From a virus (taxonomy: Duplodnaviria > Caudoviricetes): a DNA stretch of 29,216 nt. The stretch lies in IMG/VR virus record IMGVR_UViG_3300010362_000080, positions 1-29,216 of that record; one strand, 5' to 3'. Below, piece by piece: positions 1 through 8,105 of this stretch. Each line of letters starts with the position of its first letter. Position 1 is the stretch's first letter. Position numbers and translations under genes: made by a program. The notes beneath the pieces were generated by a model. That model saw only the letters and a list, made by a program, of their open reading frames with translations. It searched no databases and had not been told where the DNA came from.

Positions 1-138
1 GACGCTGACGCGGAATTGTGGATTGCGCTTGATGACGCCGTTCGCGAATACCGCGCCGCACGGCCACTCGAACAGCGCATTGACGCCGCGCTGGAGGGGC
101 TGACGGATGAGGCGAAGTTGGCGAAAAACTGCCGGTAA
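1..138 (+). CDS. 3' end of a hypothetical protein (partial, runs off window start)
   Basis: Frame 1 is open from base 1 (DADAELWIALDDAVREYRAARPLEQRIDAALEG...) to TAA at 136-138. Confidence 0.55.
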   Translation, partial: DADAELWIALDDAVREYRAARPLEQRIDAALEGLTDEAKLAKNCR

Positions 139-179
139 GCGCCAGAACAGAACGCAAAATAACAACACAAAGGAGATAT

Positions 180-704
180 ATGAAAACACTTTTCTCGTTG
201 CTGCTCACCCTAATGATTGCTTTTGCCGCGAACTCGCAGTCGCTGAAGAAACCCGGCGCGGCGAAGATCGTTAGGCAGCGGATAACCGCGGAGTCGGTGA
301 ATCCGGCGGCGTTTGCCGGTGACGAATACAAATACGTGGACGACGAAGCCGCTGTCAATGTAACTCGTGAGGCCGAAGGCAAAAACCTCCGCGTCACTGT
401 CACGGTCGTATTCAGACTTGCGACCTCCGAACGCGGACAGGCGCGCCAGGAAGTCCTGATGCTTGGCGGCTACGAGGGAGACACATGGCAAAAAGTCACA
501 GCTGAATCTCACAGCATTCTCCTGGGCGGGGCGAAACTGACGACGATCGAAGAATACAGAGTCTATTACTACGCCGGCGTCGCAACTCTCGTGGCTTCAA
601 TGGACGCGAAGACTAGTCTTTTAGGAAGGCAGGCATTGAATAGGGGGGTACGATTCGTGAAGCTTGCTTATGAGCAGGGCGAGAAGATCAAGATTGAGAA
701 GTAA
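180..704 (+). CDS. Hypothetical exported protein with N-terminal signal peptide
   Basis: AGGAG SD before ATG. MKTLFSLLLTLMIAFAANS looks like a Sec signal. TAATG overlap with the next gene. Confidence 0.75.
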   Translation: MKTLFSLLLTLMIAFAANSQSLKKPGAAKIVRQRITAESVNPAAFAGDEYKYVDDEAAVNVTREAEGKNLRVTVTVVFRLATSERGQARQEVLMLGGYEGDTWQKVTAESHSILLGGAKLTTIEEYRVYYYAGVATLVASMDAKTSLLGRQALNRGVRFVKLAYEQGEKIKIEK

Positions 705-928
705 TGACCGATTCCCAACAGCAAATCGAATTTCAACTGATCCGCTGTCCGACCTGCGGCGCCGGGCTCTTCTATTTCTCTGGGCCGCCGAGCTTTCGGA
801 TTCGCATAAAATGCCGCCGCTGCACGTCTCGCGAAAAGACCCCGACTTTCGTGATTATCCAAGTTTCTCTTGAATCTGCGGTGATTTCTGCCGTAGACTC
901 AAAGCCGGAAAATTCTGCGTGCGCTTGA
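704..928 (+). CDS. com: Mu Com-family zinc-finger protein
   Basis: IRCPTCGAGLF...IRIKCRRC matches the Com pattern (IRCxxC..LF...I.IxCxRC) in a 74-aa protein. Confidence 0.75.
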   Translation: MTDSQQQIEFQLIRCPTCGAGLFYFSGPPSFRIRIKCRRCTSREKTPTFVIIQVSLESAVISAVDSKPENSACA

Positions 929-1001
929 ATTACGCGCCTAAACCATCGCGCCCCGTGCGCCGTCGGTCCACTTCGGATCGTGCGGCGCTTTTTCTTTTAT
1001 G
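916..1001 (+). promoter_or_regulatory. Conserved cis-regulatory element, copy 1: YGCGCY repeats, bulged hairpin, U-tract, ATG
   Basis: TGCGTGCGCT (916-925), CGCGCC (933, 947), TGCGCC (956), stem 957-969/975-988 with one bulge, then TTTTTCTTTT and ATG 999. Closely matches 4235-4318. Confidence 0.8.
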
Positions 1002-1301
1002 GATCAATGGGTAAAAATCGCCGGCCAGTTCGGAATACCAGTCGCGCTCTTAATGCTCCTGGCTTACTTCATTCTTCGTCACGTCTGGCCATTCGTCACC
1101 AGACAGATCCAGGACGCCCAAACTCAGCGCGCGGCAGAGATTGAGAAATTTGATAACACAATCCGCAAACGCGACGGCCTTATGGTCCAGCAATGGCAGG
1201 AACATCTGAAAGCGCTCGACGCAATAACCGGCGAGATTCGGGGATTGCGCGAGGATATACAGACAAATTATCCGCAGCGAACAACACGAAGGAGAAAATG
1301 A
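999..1301 (+). CDS. Holin-like protein (one N-terminal TM helix plus coiled coil)
   Basis: Hydrophobic FGIPVALLMLLAYFIL, heptad-like body and basic C-terminus (RTTRRRK). First gene of a membrane-protein cluster. Confidence 0.55.
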   Translation: MDQWVKIAGQFGIPVALLMLLAYFILRHVWPFVTRQIQDAQTQRAAEIEKFDNTIRKRDGLMVQQWQEHLKALDAITGEIRGLREDIQTNYPQRTTRRRK

Positions 1302-1621
1302 TTCGATTGTTATACGGCACATTGATCCTTATGGTCGCGCTCGACGCGATCGCCTCCACCCTGGCGGCGTGGTATATGTTTCGAATGCGCCAGCGATTCG
1401 GCCATTACCTGGCGCTCGCTTTCACCGGCGTCGCCGCCGAAGCCACGATTGCAATTATAACCACAGGATTCTCGCCGACCCCACAGCGAATCATTGTATG
1501 GGTCGTCGTCATCCGAATCCTGACCCGGCTTTTCAAAACAATCACAATGGTCATGTTGCCATTGTTCCTGCTCGGTTATATCAATGGCGACAAACCGGAG
1601 GTGATGAAAGATGCTGTCTGA
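1298..1621 (+). CDS. Three-TM membrane protein (holin/antiholin candidate)
   Basis: Start reassigned to ATG 1298 (AGGAG SD, ATGA overlap with the upstream stop). About three hydrophobic segments. Confidence 0.6.
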   Translation: MIRLLYGTLILMVALDAIASTLAAWYMFRMRQRFGHYLALAFTGVAAEATIAIITTGFSPTPQRIIVWVVVIRILTRLFKTITMVMLPLFLLGYINGDKPEVMKDAV

Positions 1622-2051
1622 TTTTCTCACTCACGTTAAAGATTACGTCCACAATAACCGCGCGCGGCTCGCTAAATTCGCATTTATCCTCGCCCTGATC
1701 ATCGGCGCCGCGCTCCTGATCTACGGCATTGTTGGCGAAATCCAAAAAGCCAAATACGATCGGCGCGTCAATCAACTTGACGAACAATTCAAAACCGCCG
1801 AGGCCAAAGCTCAGGCCGCAGCGCAAGCCGCCGACGCATACAAAACCGCGCTCGATCTGAAGCAATCGGAGATCCAGTTTCTGACGGCGAAAGCCGAAGC
1901 CGCCGATAAGAGAATGGGCCAAACCCGCACGGTGTACGTGCAAGCGAAGGAAAACTATGAACAGATTCGCGCTACCCCTATCCCTGCTACTCCTGTTTCC
2001 TGCGCAGACCTATGCCGGCAGTTGGCAGAGCTCGGGTACGAGTGCAAGTGA
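1611..2051 (+). CDS. Inner-membrane spanin-like (Rz-like) protein
   Basis: N-terminal TM (FAFILALIIGAALLIYGIV), long Ala/Lys/Gln coiled coil, Pro hinge and C-terminal cysteines. Overlapped out of frame by the next gene. Confidence 0.55.
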   Translation: MLSDFLTHVKDYVHNNRARLAKFAFILALIIGAALLIYGIVGEIQKAKYDRRVNQLDEQFKTAEAKAQAAAQAADAYKTALDLKQSEIQFLTAKAEAADKRMGQTRTVYVQAKENYEQIRATPIPATPVSCADLCRQLAELGYECK

Positions 2052-2403
2052 GTGCGAGGGCGCCGCAAAAGCATGCAGCGCCGCAGCGAAAGAATTGAAA
2101 GCGGCGCGAGAGTTAATTATCGGTCTCCAGGCGCATATCGACGCCGCCGAGGACCGGATAAAGATCGCATATCGTGAGATCGAAACTCTCAAGTCCGCCG
2201 GCGAACTGCAATCCGCGCGCGCGAAGGAACTTGAGAACGTAATCGCGGCCGAGCGAGAGCAGGTGGTCTTATCGTTGAAGAGGATTGAGCTTCAACAGCG
2301 ACGGATCGTCCAACTTGAAAAGCAACTCGGCCGCGCTCGTAAATTCGGCTTGATCGCCGGGGTGGCGGCGGGCGTTGCTATCCTCATCGGCGCAAGTAGA
2401 TAG
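1957..2403 (+). CDS. Spanin-partner-like protein: signal peptide, coiled coil, C-terminal TM
   Basis: Starts 95 nt inside the Rz-like gene in another frame. Signal peptide without lipobox, two Cys, coiled coil, C-terminal FGLIAGVAAGVAILIG. Confidence 0.5.
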   Translation: MNRFALPLSLLLLFPAQTYAGSWQSSGTSASECEGAAKACSAAAKELKAARELIIGLQAHIDAAEDRIKIAYREIETLKSAGELQSARAKELENVIAAEREQVVLSLKRIELQQRRIVQLEKQLGRARKFGLIAGVAAGVAILIGASR

Positions 2404-2525
2404 AACTGACAGGACGGCGTTGGCTACGTGAGAGGTGGTGCGCCGTCGTCAGCGGGGCGGGGAGTCTGATCGGGGCACACGGCTCGCTCGCCCAATTCGT
2501 ATTTGTTTTAAAACGTAGGAAAAAC

Positions 2526-2846
2526 GTGGGTGTAAAGGGCCAAAGTGGCGGTAAAAAAGGTAGATCGGGGCGCAAGTCGAAGTCTGAAGAGATGGGGCTC
2601 GTTGCGCTCCTCAATAAGTGCTGGACGCTCGACCAGCGCGAGGCATGCATTAGCAAACTTGCAACGCTTGCAGAGGAAGGTGATAAGGACGCGATCAAGT
2701 TACTAATGGCCTATACCTTCGGCAAGCCGAGGGAGAGTGTTGATCTCAATCACCATACCGAGGCGTTGCCCACTCTCAACGTGGTAATCAATGGACATGC
2801 AACTACACCCGCGCCAGGGCCTGGCGTTCCTGAGCCAAGCGAATGA
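2526..2846 (+). CDS. terS: Terminase small subunit (putative)
   Basis: GTG start after AGGA. Basic Gly-rich N-terminus (GVKGQSGGKKGRSGRK) and AIKLLMAYTFGKP motif. Overlaps terL. Confidence 0.7.
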   Translation: MGVKGQSGGKKGRSGRKSKSEEMGLVALLNKCWTLDQREACISKLATLAEEGDKDAIKLLMAYTFGKPRESVDLNHHTEALPTLNVVINGHATTPAPGPGVPEPSE

Positions 2847-4176
2847 GATTCTGTACGGCGGCGCTGCCGGCGGGGGCAAGTCTCACCTGATGCGCGTCGC
2901 GGCGATCGCATGGTGCGTCGCTATTCCGAATTTGCAAATCTATCTTTTCCGCCGCACGCTTCCCGATCTCCTCAAAAACCATCTGACCGGGCCGACCGGC
3001 TTTCCGGTCCTTCTCGCCGAATGGGTCAACAGCGGCTATTGCTCGATCAACTATTCTCGCAATCGTATCGAGTTTAAGAACGGCGCGAAGATTCACCTTT
3101 GCCACTGCGACAAGGAATCAGACGTTTACAAATATCACGGCGCGGAAATCCATGTGCTGATGATGGATGAATTGACGCACTTCTCAGAGACAATGTACAG
3201 GTTTCTACGCGGTCGCCTGCGCCTAGGCGGGTTGAAAATCCCGGATCAGTACAAGGGTTTATTTCCGCGAATCCTATGCGCCAGCAATCCCGGCTCCATT
3301 GGCCATAACTGGGTGAAGATGACCTTTGTTGACTGGGCGTCGCCGATGGAGATCAAGGGGGCCCCGAGGAGCGAAGGCGGGATGGCCCGCCAATACATTC
3401 CGGCTCGGCTCTATGACAATCCTACCCTAATTGAGACTGATCCCGATTACGCCTATCGCCTGGAAGGCCTCGGCAGCCCCGAACTGGTTCGGGCAATGAT
3501 GGACGGTGATTGGGACATTGTCGCGGGCGGGATGCTAGACGATTTGTGGCGCCGTGATCTGCACGCAATTGACCCCTTCGAAATCCCGTCGAGCTGGCGC
3601 ATTGACCGATCGTTCGACTGGGGATCGTCAAAGCCATTCGCGGTCCTATGGTGGGCTGAATCCGACGGCACGCAGGCCCCGAACGGCCGCCATTATCCGC
3701 CGGGTACGGTCTTTCTAATCAACGAATGGTATGGATGGAACGGCCGGGCGAATAACGGCTTGAAGATGCTCGCCGTCGAGATCGCGCGCGGGATTGTCGA
3801 GCGCGAATCCCTATGGCCATATCGCGTCGAGCCGGGCGCGGCGGATAGTTCGATATTCGACGCGGAAAACGGCGTCTGCATTGCTGACGATATGGCAGCA
3901 GTGGGCGTTCACTGGCTGCCAGCGGACAAATCTCCAGGGAGCCGCGTCACGGGCTGGGAGCGGCTTCGCAAGATGTTGAAAGCGGGATTGCAGCGCCCAA
4001 TGGAAGATGCGGGCATTTTCATCTTTAACCACTGCGCCCAGTGGATTCGCACTGTCCCGGTCTTACCTCGCGACGAAAAGAAGCCGGACGACGTGGACAC
4101 GGACGCCGAGGACCACGCCGGCGACGCGACGCGCTACAGGATTATGACCCCGGTCGCAGAGTGGAAAACGGCTTGA
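2791..4176 (+). CDS. terL: Terminase large subunit
   Basis: Walker A YGGAAGGGKS, Walker B VLMMDE, ASNPG coupling motif, nuclease SFDWG and C-terminal DHAGDATRY. Start may be ATG 2797. Confidence 0.96.
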   Translation: MDMQLHPRQGLAFLSQANEILYGGAAGGGKSHLMRVAAIAWCVAIPNLQIYLFRRTLPDLLKNHLTGPTGFPVLLAEWVNSGYCSINYSRNRIEFKNGAKIHLCHCDKESDVYKYHGAEIHVLMMDELTHFSETMYRFLRGRLRLGGLKIPDQYKGLFPRILCASNPGSIGHNWVKMTFVDWASPMEIKGAPRSEGGMARQYIPARLYDNPTLIETDPDYAYRLEGLGSPELVRAMMDGDWDIVAGGMLDDLWRRDLHAIDPFEIPSSWRIDRSFDWGSSKPFAVLWWAESDGTQAPNGRHYPPGTVFLINEWYGWNGRANNGLKMLAVEIARGIVERESLWPYRVEPGAADSSIFDAENGVCIADDMAAVGVHWLPADKSPGSRVTGWERLRKMLKAGLQRPMEDAGIFIFNHCAQWIRTVPVLPRDEKKPDDVDTDAEDHAGDATRYRIMTPVAEWKTA

Positions 4177-4234
4177 GTTTGCGATTCTGCTTGACTTAAC
4201 CAAAACGTATATCGCAAACTCGCGCTGACAATAT

Positions 4235-4318
4235 TGCGTGCGCTATTTCGCGCCTAACTGTTCGCGCCATCGTGCGCCGCCGATCTGAAAAGATCGCGCG
4301 GCGCTTTTTGTTTTTATG
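4235..4318 (+). promoter_or_regulatory. Conserved cis-regulatory element, copy 2, upstream of portal
   Basis: TGCGTGCGCT (4235-4244), CGCGCC (4249, 4263), TGCGCC (4273), stem 4274-4286/4291-4304 with GAAA loop and one bulge, then TTTTTGTTTTT and ATG 4316. Confidence 0.8.
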
Positions 4319-5671
4319 AGCCAAGCGATCGCCAGATACAGATACCAAAAGCCGGGGCTGCTTCAGCGAATTTATCAGGCGCTGAAGTTGCGCTTTACCG
4401 GCTTTGGTGGATCGTCGGGCCAATCCTGGGGCGGTCTCAATTGGGCGTCCGGCATATTCACTAATTCCCGGATCAACTACGCCGCGGAAGCTGGGGAACT
4501 GGAAAAGTCGTCACTTGTAATGGCGGCCGTCAACTGGCTGGGCCGCGTACTCCCAGAGGCGCCGCTGCAGGTCGTGCGCGCAGACGCTCGGGGGAAAGAA
4601 CAGCCGATCCCAAATCACCCAGCCATTGACCTGCTTAATCGTCCTAACCCGTTCTTTTCCGGCGCGACCCTCTTAAAAGCCTTCGCGCTATCGTGGATCA
4701 CGTCGGGCAACGCCTATTTCCTGAAAGCGCGCAACGAATTCGGTCAAGTCGTGCAGCTTTGGCACGTCCCACCGTGGATGATCGCGCCGCGCTGGCCCGA
4801 GGATGGCAGCGAATTTATTTCCTATTACGAATACCAGACGGACGGCGCCATTGTTCGTATCAGGGTCGAGGACGTGATTCATTTCAGAGACGGCGCCGAT
4901 CCGGTGAATATGGGGCGGACAGGGCTTTCGCCTGTCGCCTCAGTCCTTCGTGAGGTCTGCGCCGATAACGAGGTCGCGGTCTATCAATTTCTGCTTCTGA
5001 AACAAGGCGGCGTCCCGCCCGTCGCCCTGGCGCTCAAAGACGGCCAAGTCTCGGTCAGTTTCGATCCCACTGCCGTCAAGCAAGACTATGTCAGATCAAC
5101 GACCGGCGACCAGCGCGGCAAAGTGTTCGTCTCTAATCGCGCTGTCGAGATCACTAAGCTCGGCTTCAATCCCTCCGAGTTGGACATGAAAGTCTTGCGC
5201 CACCTTCCCGAGTCGCGCTTTGCCAGCGTGATCGGTATAGCCAAAGAGACTTTGGGTTTTGGCGCCGCCGACGAGAACAGTACTTACAACAACGTGGAGC
5301 AAGCCGACGAACGCTCAATCTGTACTTACGCAAAGCCCTTGTGGGACTTCATCGGCGACGAATTAACCCACCAATTGCGCGACGACGTCGGCCTGAGGCG
5401 CAATCACCGGATCGCCTTCGACCTGCGCAATATCGCAGCCTTACAGGAAGATCAAGACAAATTGCATATGCGCGCTAATGCCGACCTGGCCAGCGGCGGA
5501 ATCACTGTGAACGAATACCGCGAAATGATCGGCCTGGAGGGTCGCCCCGACGGCGAGGTCTATTTGCGGTCGGCCGCCGTTCAGGCTGTCACGCCGGAAG
5601 TGCAGGCTGCGGAGATTGATCAGGCAATCAATCCGCCGGACCCGGCGCAGGATAACGGAATGATCAATTAA
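4316..5671 (+). CDS. Portal protein (HK97 family)
   Basis: HPAIDLLNRPNP, GNAY, DVIHFR, GLSPV and GITVNEYREMIGL motifs. Follows terL. Confidence 0.95.
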   Translation: MSQAIARYRYQKPGLLQRIYQALKLRFTGFGGSSGQSWGGLNWASGIFTNSRINYAAEAGELEKSSLVMAAVNWLGRVLPEAPLQVVRADARGKEQPIPNHPAIDLLNRPNPFFSGATLLKAFALSWITSGNAYFLKARNEFGQVVQLWHVPPWMIAPRWPEDGSEFISYYEYQTDGAIVRIRVEDVIHFRDGADPVNMGRTGLSPVASVLREVCADNEVAVYQFLLLKQGGVPPVALALKDGQVSVSFDPTAVKQDYVRSTTGDQRGKVFVSNRAVEITKLGFNPSELDMKVLRHLPESRFASVIGIAKETLGFGAADENSTYNNVEQADERSICTYAKPLWDFIGDELTHQLRDDVGLRRNHRIAFDLRNIAALQEDQDKLHMRANADLASGGITVNEYREMIGLEGRPDGEVYLRSAAVQAVTPEVQAAEIDQAINPPDPAQDNGMIN

Positions 5672-5679
5672 GAGGCTTT

Positions 5680-6648
5680 ATGAACGAAGCGTTATTTTAT
5701 TTCGGTGACACTCTGAGAGCCCTCGACGATAAGGGCCGCGTCGGCGGCTATTCCGTTCGTTTTACTGATAGTGATCATAGGGATTTATACGGGGACTATT
5801 TCACCAAAGATACCTACCTCGGCGCGCACGAAGGGAACGGCGTTGATGTGCTGTTTCACCACGGATTACCACTTTATACCACTCGCCGGATGAGCGACGA
5901 ACAGAAGAAGGCTTTAGAGGCCTTCCGCAATCATATTTTCAGCAATACGGCAAAGAGTAAAAAAGACGACGTGGGTTTGTTCACTGAAGTCGTACTCGAC
6001 ATGGCCGACGAGTACGAAAAGGCTGTTTACGGCTTGGTGAAAGCCGGCAAGTTGGGGTGGTCGTCGGGTTCGACCTGGCACATGGTCAAGCGAACCGACG
6101 ACGGGCAGATTACACGCTGGCCGATTATCGAAATCTCGCTGACGCCCCAGCCCGCCGAGAAGTTAAATCGCGTCGCCACACTCAAAACCATTGAATCTTT
6201 GAAATTCGTTCCGCTCGGTGACGACGCGGACGACGATGACGAACAACCGATGTCTGAGGCAGAAAAACTGGTGTCCAGTTTCAAGGCCCTCGACATCGAC
6301 ACGCATTCCCGATTGGCGGTGTCCGCCGTGAAGGATCTAGCAGCCCGCTTTCGCAGCAAATACGAAGCGCGGCTAAAGGATAAACGCGCTCTTTCGGAGG
6401 CTTATCGTCAGAACGTGGCTTCAGTTCTTGAGCAATGGAAAGCGGCGTCCGCTGACCTGCAAACACTGCTCACTGAAGCGACGGCCACGACGAACGACGC
6501 CGAAAAGCGCGCCACGGAGAGCGAATACTTCAGATTGAAGTATAGGCACGCCGTCAAAAGGGGAAATAATGCTCAAAACCTTAGAACAACTGTTGAAAGT
6601 GGGGACGATGTTGGAAATCGCCGCCACGATCAAGAACAACACAGATAG
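5680..6648 (+). CDS. Prohead maturation protease (HK97-like) with C-terminal extension
   Basis: VGGY, DLYGDYF, VLFHHG, GWSSG and EISLTPQPA motifs. Lies between portal and capsid. Confidence 0.85.
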   Translation: MNEALFYFGDTLRALDDKGRVGGYSVRFTDSDHRDLYGDYFTKDTYLGAHEGNGVDVLFHHGLPLYTTRRMSDEQKKALEAFRNHIFSNTAKSKKDDVGLFTEVVLDMADEYEKAVYGLVKAGKLGWSSGSTWHMVKRTDDGQITRWPIIEISLTPQPAEKLNRVATLKTIESLKFVPLGDDADDDDEQPMSEAEKLVSSFKALDIDTHSRLAVSAVKDLAARFRSKYEARLKDKRALSEAYRQNVASVLEQWKAASADLQTLLTEATATTNDAEKRATESEYFRLKYRHAVKRGNNAQNLRTTVESGDDVGNRRHDQEQHR

Positions 6649-8038
6649 GCTTGCGGTACTGTTCGACGCCGCTGGAGACAGAGCAGACAAGGCCAACACT
6701 CAAGCCGAACTGGACGAGATCAAGGCGATTGACGCCGACCAGGAATTGCTGGAAGCGCGATATGCCGAACTGAAGAAGGTAGAGGAAGCGCGCGCCAAGA
6801 ACGAAGAACGTGTGAAGGCGTTCGCCACGCCGGTCACCCGCCCGCCGTTCCCGAACGGGAAGGAAGAAAAGAAAGCCAGCAAAGCCATCGTCTATTCGCC
6901 GATGGGCAATCTGCGGCATATCAACGTTTACGGCAATCGCCATCAGGACGAGGAATTGGCTTATCGCTTCTTCCAATGGTGGTCGGCGACCAATCTTCCG
7001 AGCCATTCGGCTCTGCGCGCGAAGGCTGAAACCTTCTGCCAGGACAACGGAATCCCGACCGTCAAGGCGCTGAACGAGGGGATCAACGAACAGGGCGGCG
7101 CGCTCGTTCCGCCTGAGTTCGACAACATGTTGATTCGGTTGCTGGAGACCTTCGGCGTCTTTAGGCGCTACACCCGAATGAATCAGATGGCGGGCGACAT
7201 CAAGATGGTCCCGCGCAGGACCGGGGGCGTAACAGCGGCATGGGTCGGCGAAGGCGCCTCGATCGCCGAATCGACGCCCAATTATGACAACGTGCAGTTG
7301 GTTGCAAAGAAGCTGGCTGCGCGCGTGGTGATGTCATCTGAGATCGCGGAAGATTCCGCCATCAGCATTGCCGATCAGTTGGCTTTCGAGATTGGGACTG
7401 CGTTCGCGCTGGCTGAAGATCAGGCCGGCTTCCTGGGTGACGGCTCTCCGACTTACGGCGGGATTACCGGCATTACACAGAAACTGCTCGGCCTGAGCGG
7501 AACAATCGCCAATATCGCCGGCCTTGTGGTCGCTTTTAAGGACTCAGACGGAACCGCCGCGAACACATTTGATGAGTTCGGCCTGAAGAGCTTCAACGCC
7601 ACGGTGGCGTTGCTCCCGCAGTACGCCGATACGGCGCAAACCGCCTGGTATTGCCATCGCTCGTTTTACTTCGGGACGATGCAGAGGATCGAACTCGCCG
7701 CCGGCGGCAACACTATCCGCGAAGTGGCGACAGGCGACCGGGCCGCTCGGCCTCTCTTCCTCGGCTATCCGGTGAACTTCACGCAGGTCATGCCGCGAAC
7801 GGACGCGAACTCGCAGATTGCCGCGATTCTGGGCGACCTCACGATGGCCACAATGATGGGCGACCGCCGCGCGCGCACGTTGTTTACTGATCCGTTCTCC
7901 CTGTCAGCGAATGACCAAATTTCTGTGAGGGGCACGGAAAGAGTAGATATCGTAGTCCACGACTACGGCAACGCCAGCGCCACAGCGGCATTGCGCCAGC
8001 CCGGTTCGGTCGTGGCTCTGATCTCTGCGGCGTCGTAA
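6569..8038 (+). CDS. Major capsid protein (HK97 fold) with N-terminal coiled-coil scaffold domain
   Basis: GGALVPPEF, AAWVGEG, KKLAA...SSEIAEDS, EDQAGFLGDG and LFLGYPV motifs. Alternative start at ATG 6608. Confidence 0.95.
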   Translation: MLKTLEQLLKVGTMLEIAATIKNNTDRLAVLFDAAGDRADKANTQAELDEIKAIDADQELLEARYAELKKVEEARAKNEERVKAFATPVTRPPFPNGKEEKKASKAIVYSPMGNLRHINVYGNRHQDEELAYRFFQWWSATNLPSHSALRAKAETFCQDNGIPTVKALNEGINEQGGALVPPEFDNMLIRLLETFGVFRRYTRMNQMAGDIKMVPRRTGGVTAAWVGEGASIAESTPNYDNVQLVAKKLAARVVMSSEIAEDSAISIADQLAFEIGTAFALAEDQAGFLGDGSPTYGGITGITQKLLGLSGTIANIAGLVVAFKDSDGTAANTFDEFGLKSFNATVALLPQYADTAQTAWYCHRSFYFGTMQRIELAAGGNTIREVATGDRAARPLFLGYPVNFTQVMPRTDANSQIAAILGDLTMATMMGDRRARTLFTDPFSLSANDQISVRGTERVDIVVHDYGNASATAALRQPGSVVALISAAS

Positions 8039-8105
8039 GCGTCGTCAATCGTGACGGTAATCGTTATCAAGGGGGCGGCGAGGGTCGCCCCATAGGAGAA
8101 AGCAA

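Noticed and set aside
957-998. Treating the hairpin plus U-tract (also 4274-4315) as a plain constitutive terminator
   Set aside because: It abuts the ATG of downstream late genes with no room for a new promoter, and conserved upstream repeats overlap the stem, so a regulated element fits better.
1957-2403. Canonical u-spanin or o-spanin call
   Set aside because: No lipobox cysteine, and the body looks coiled-coil rather than beta-rich.
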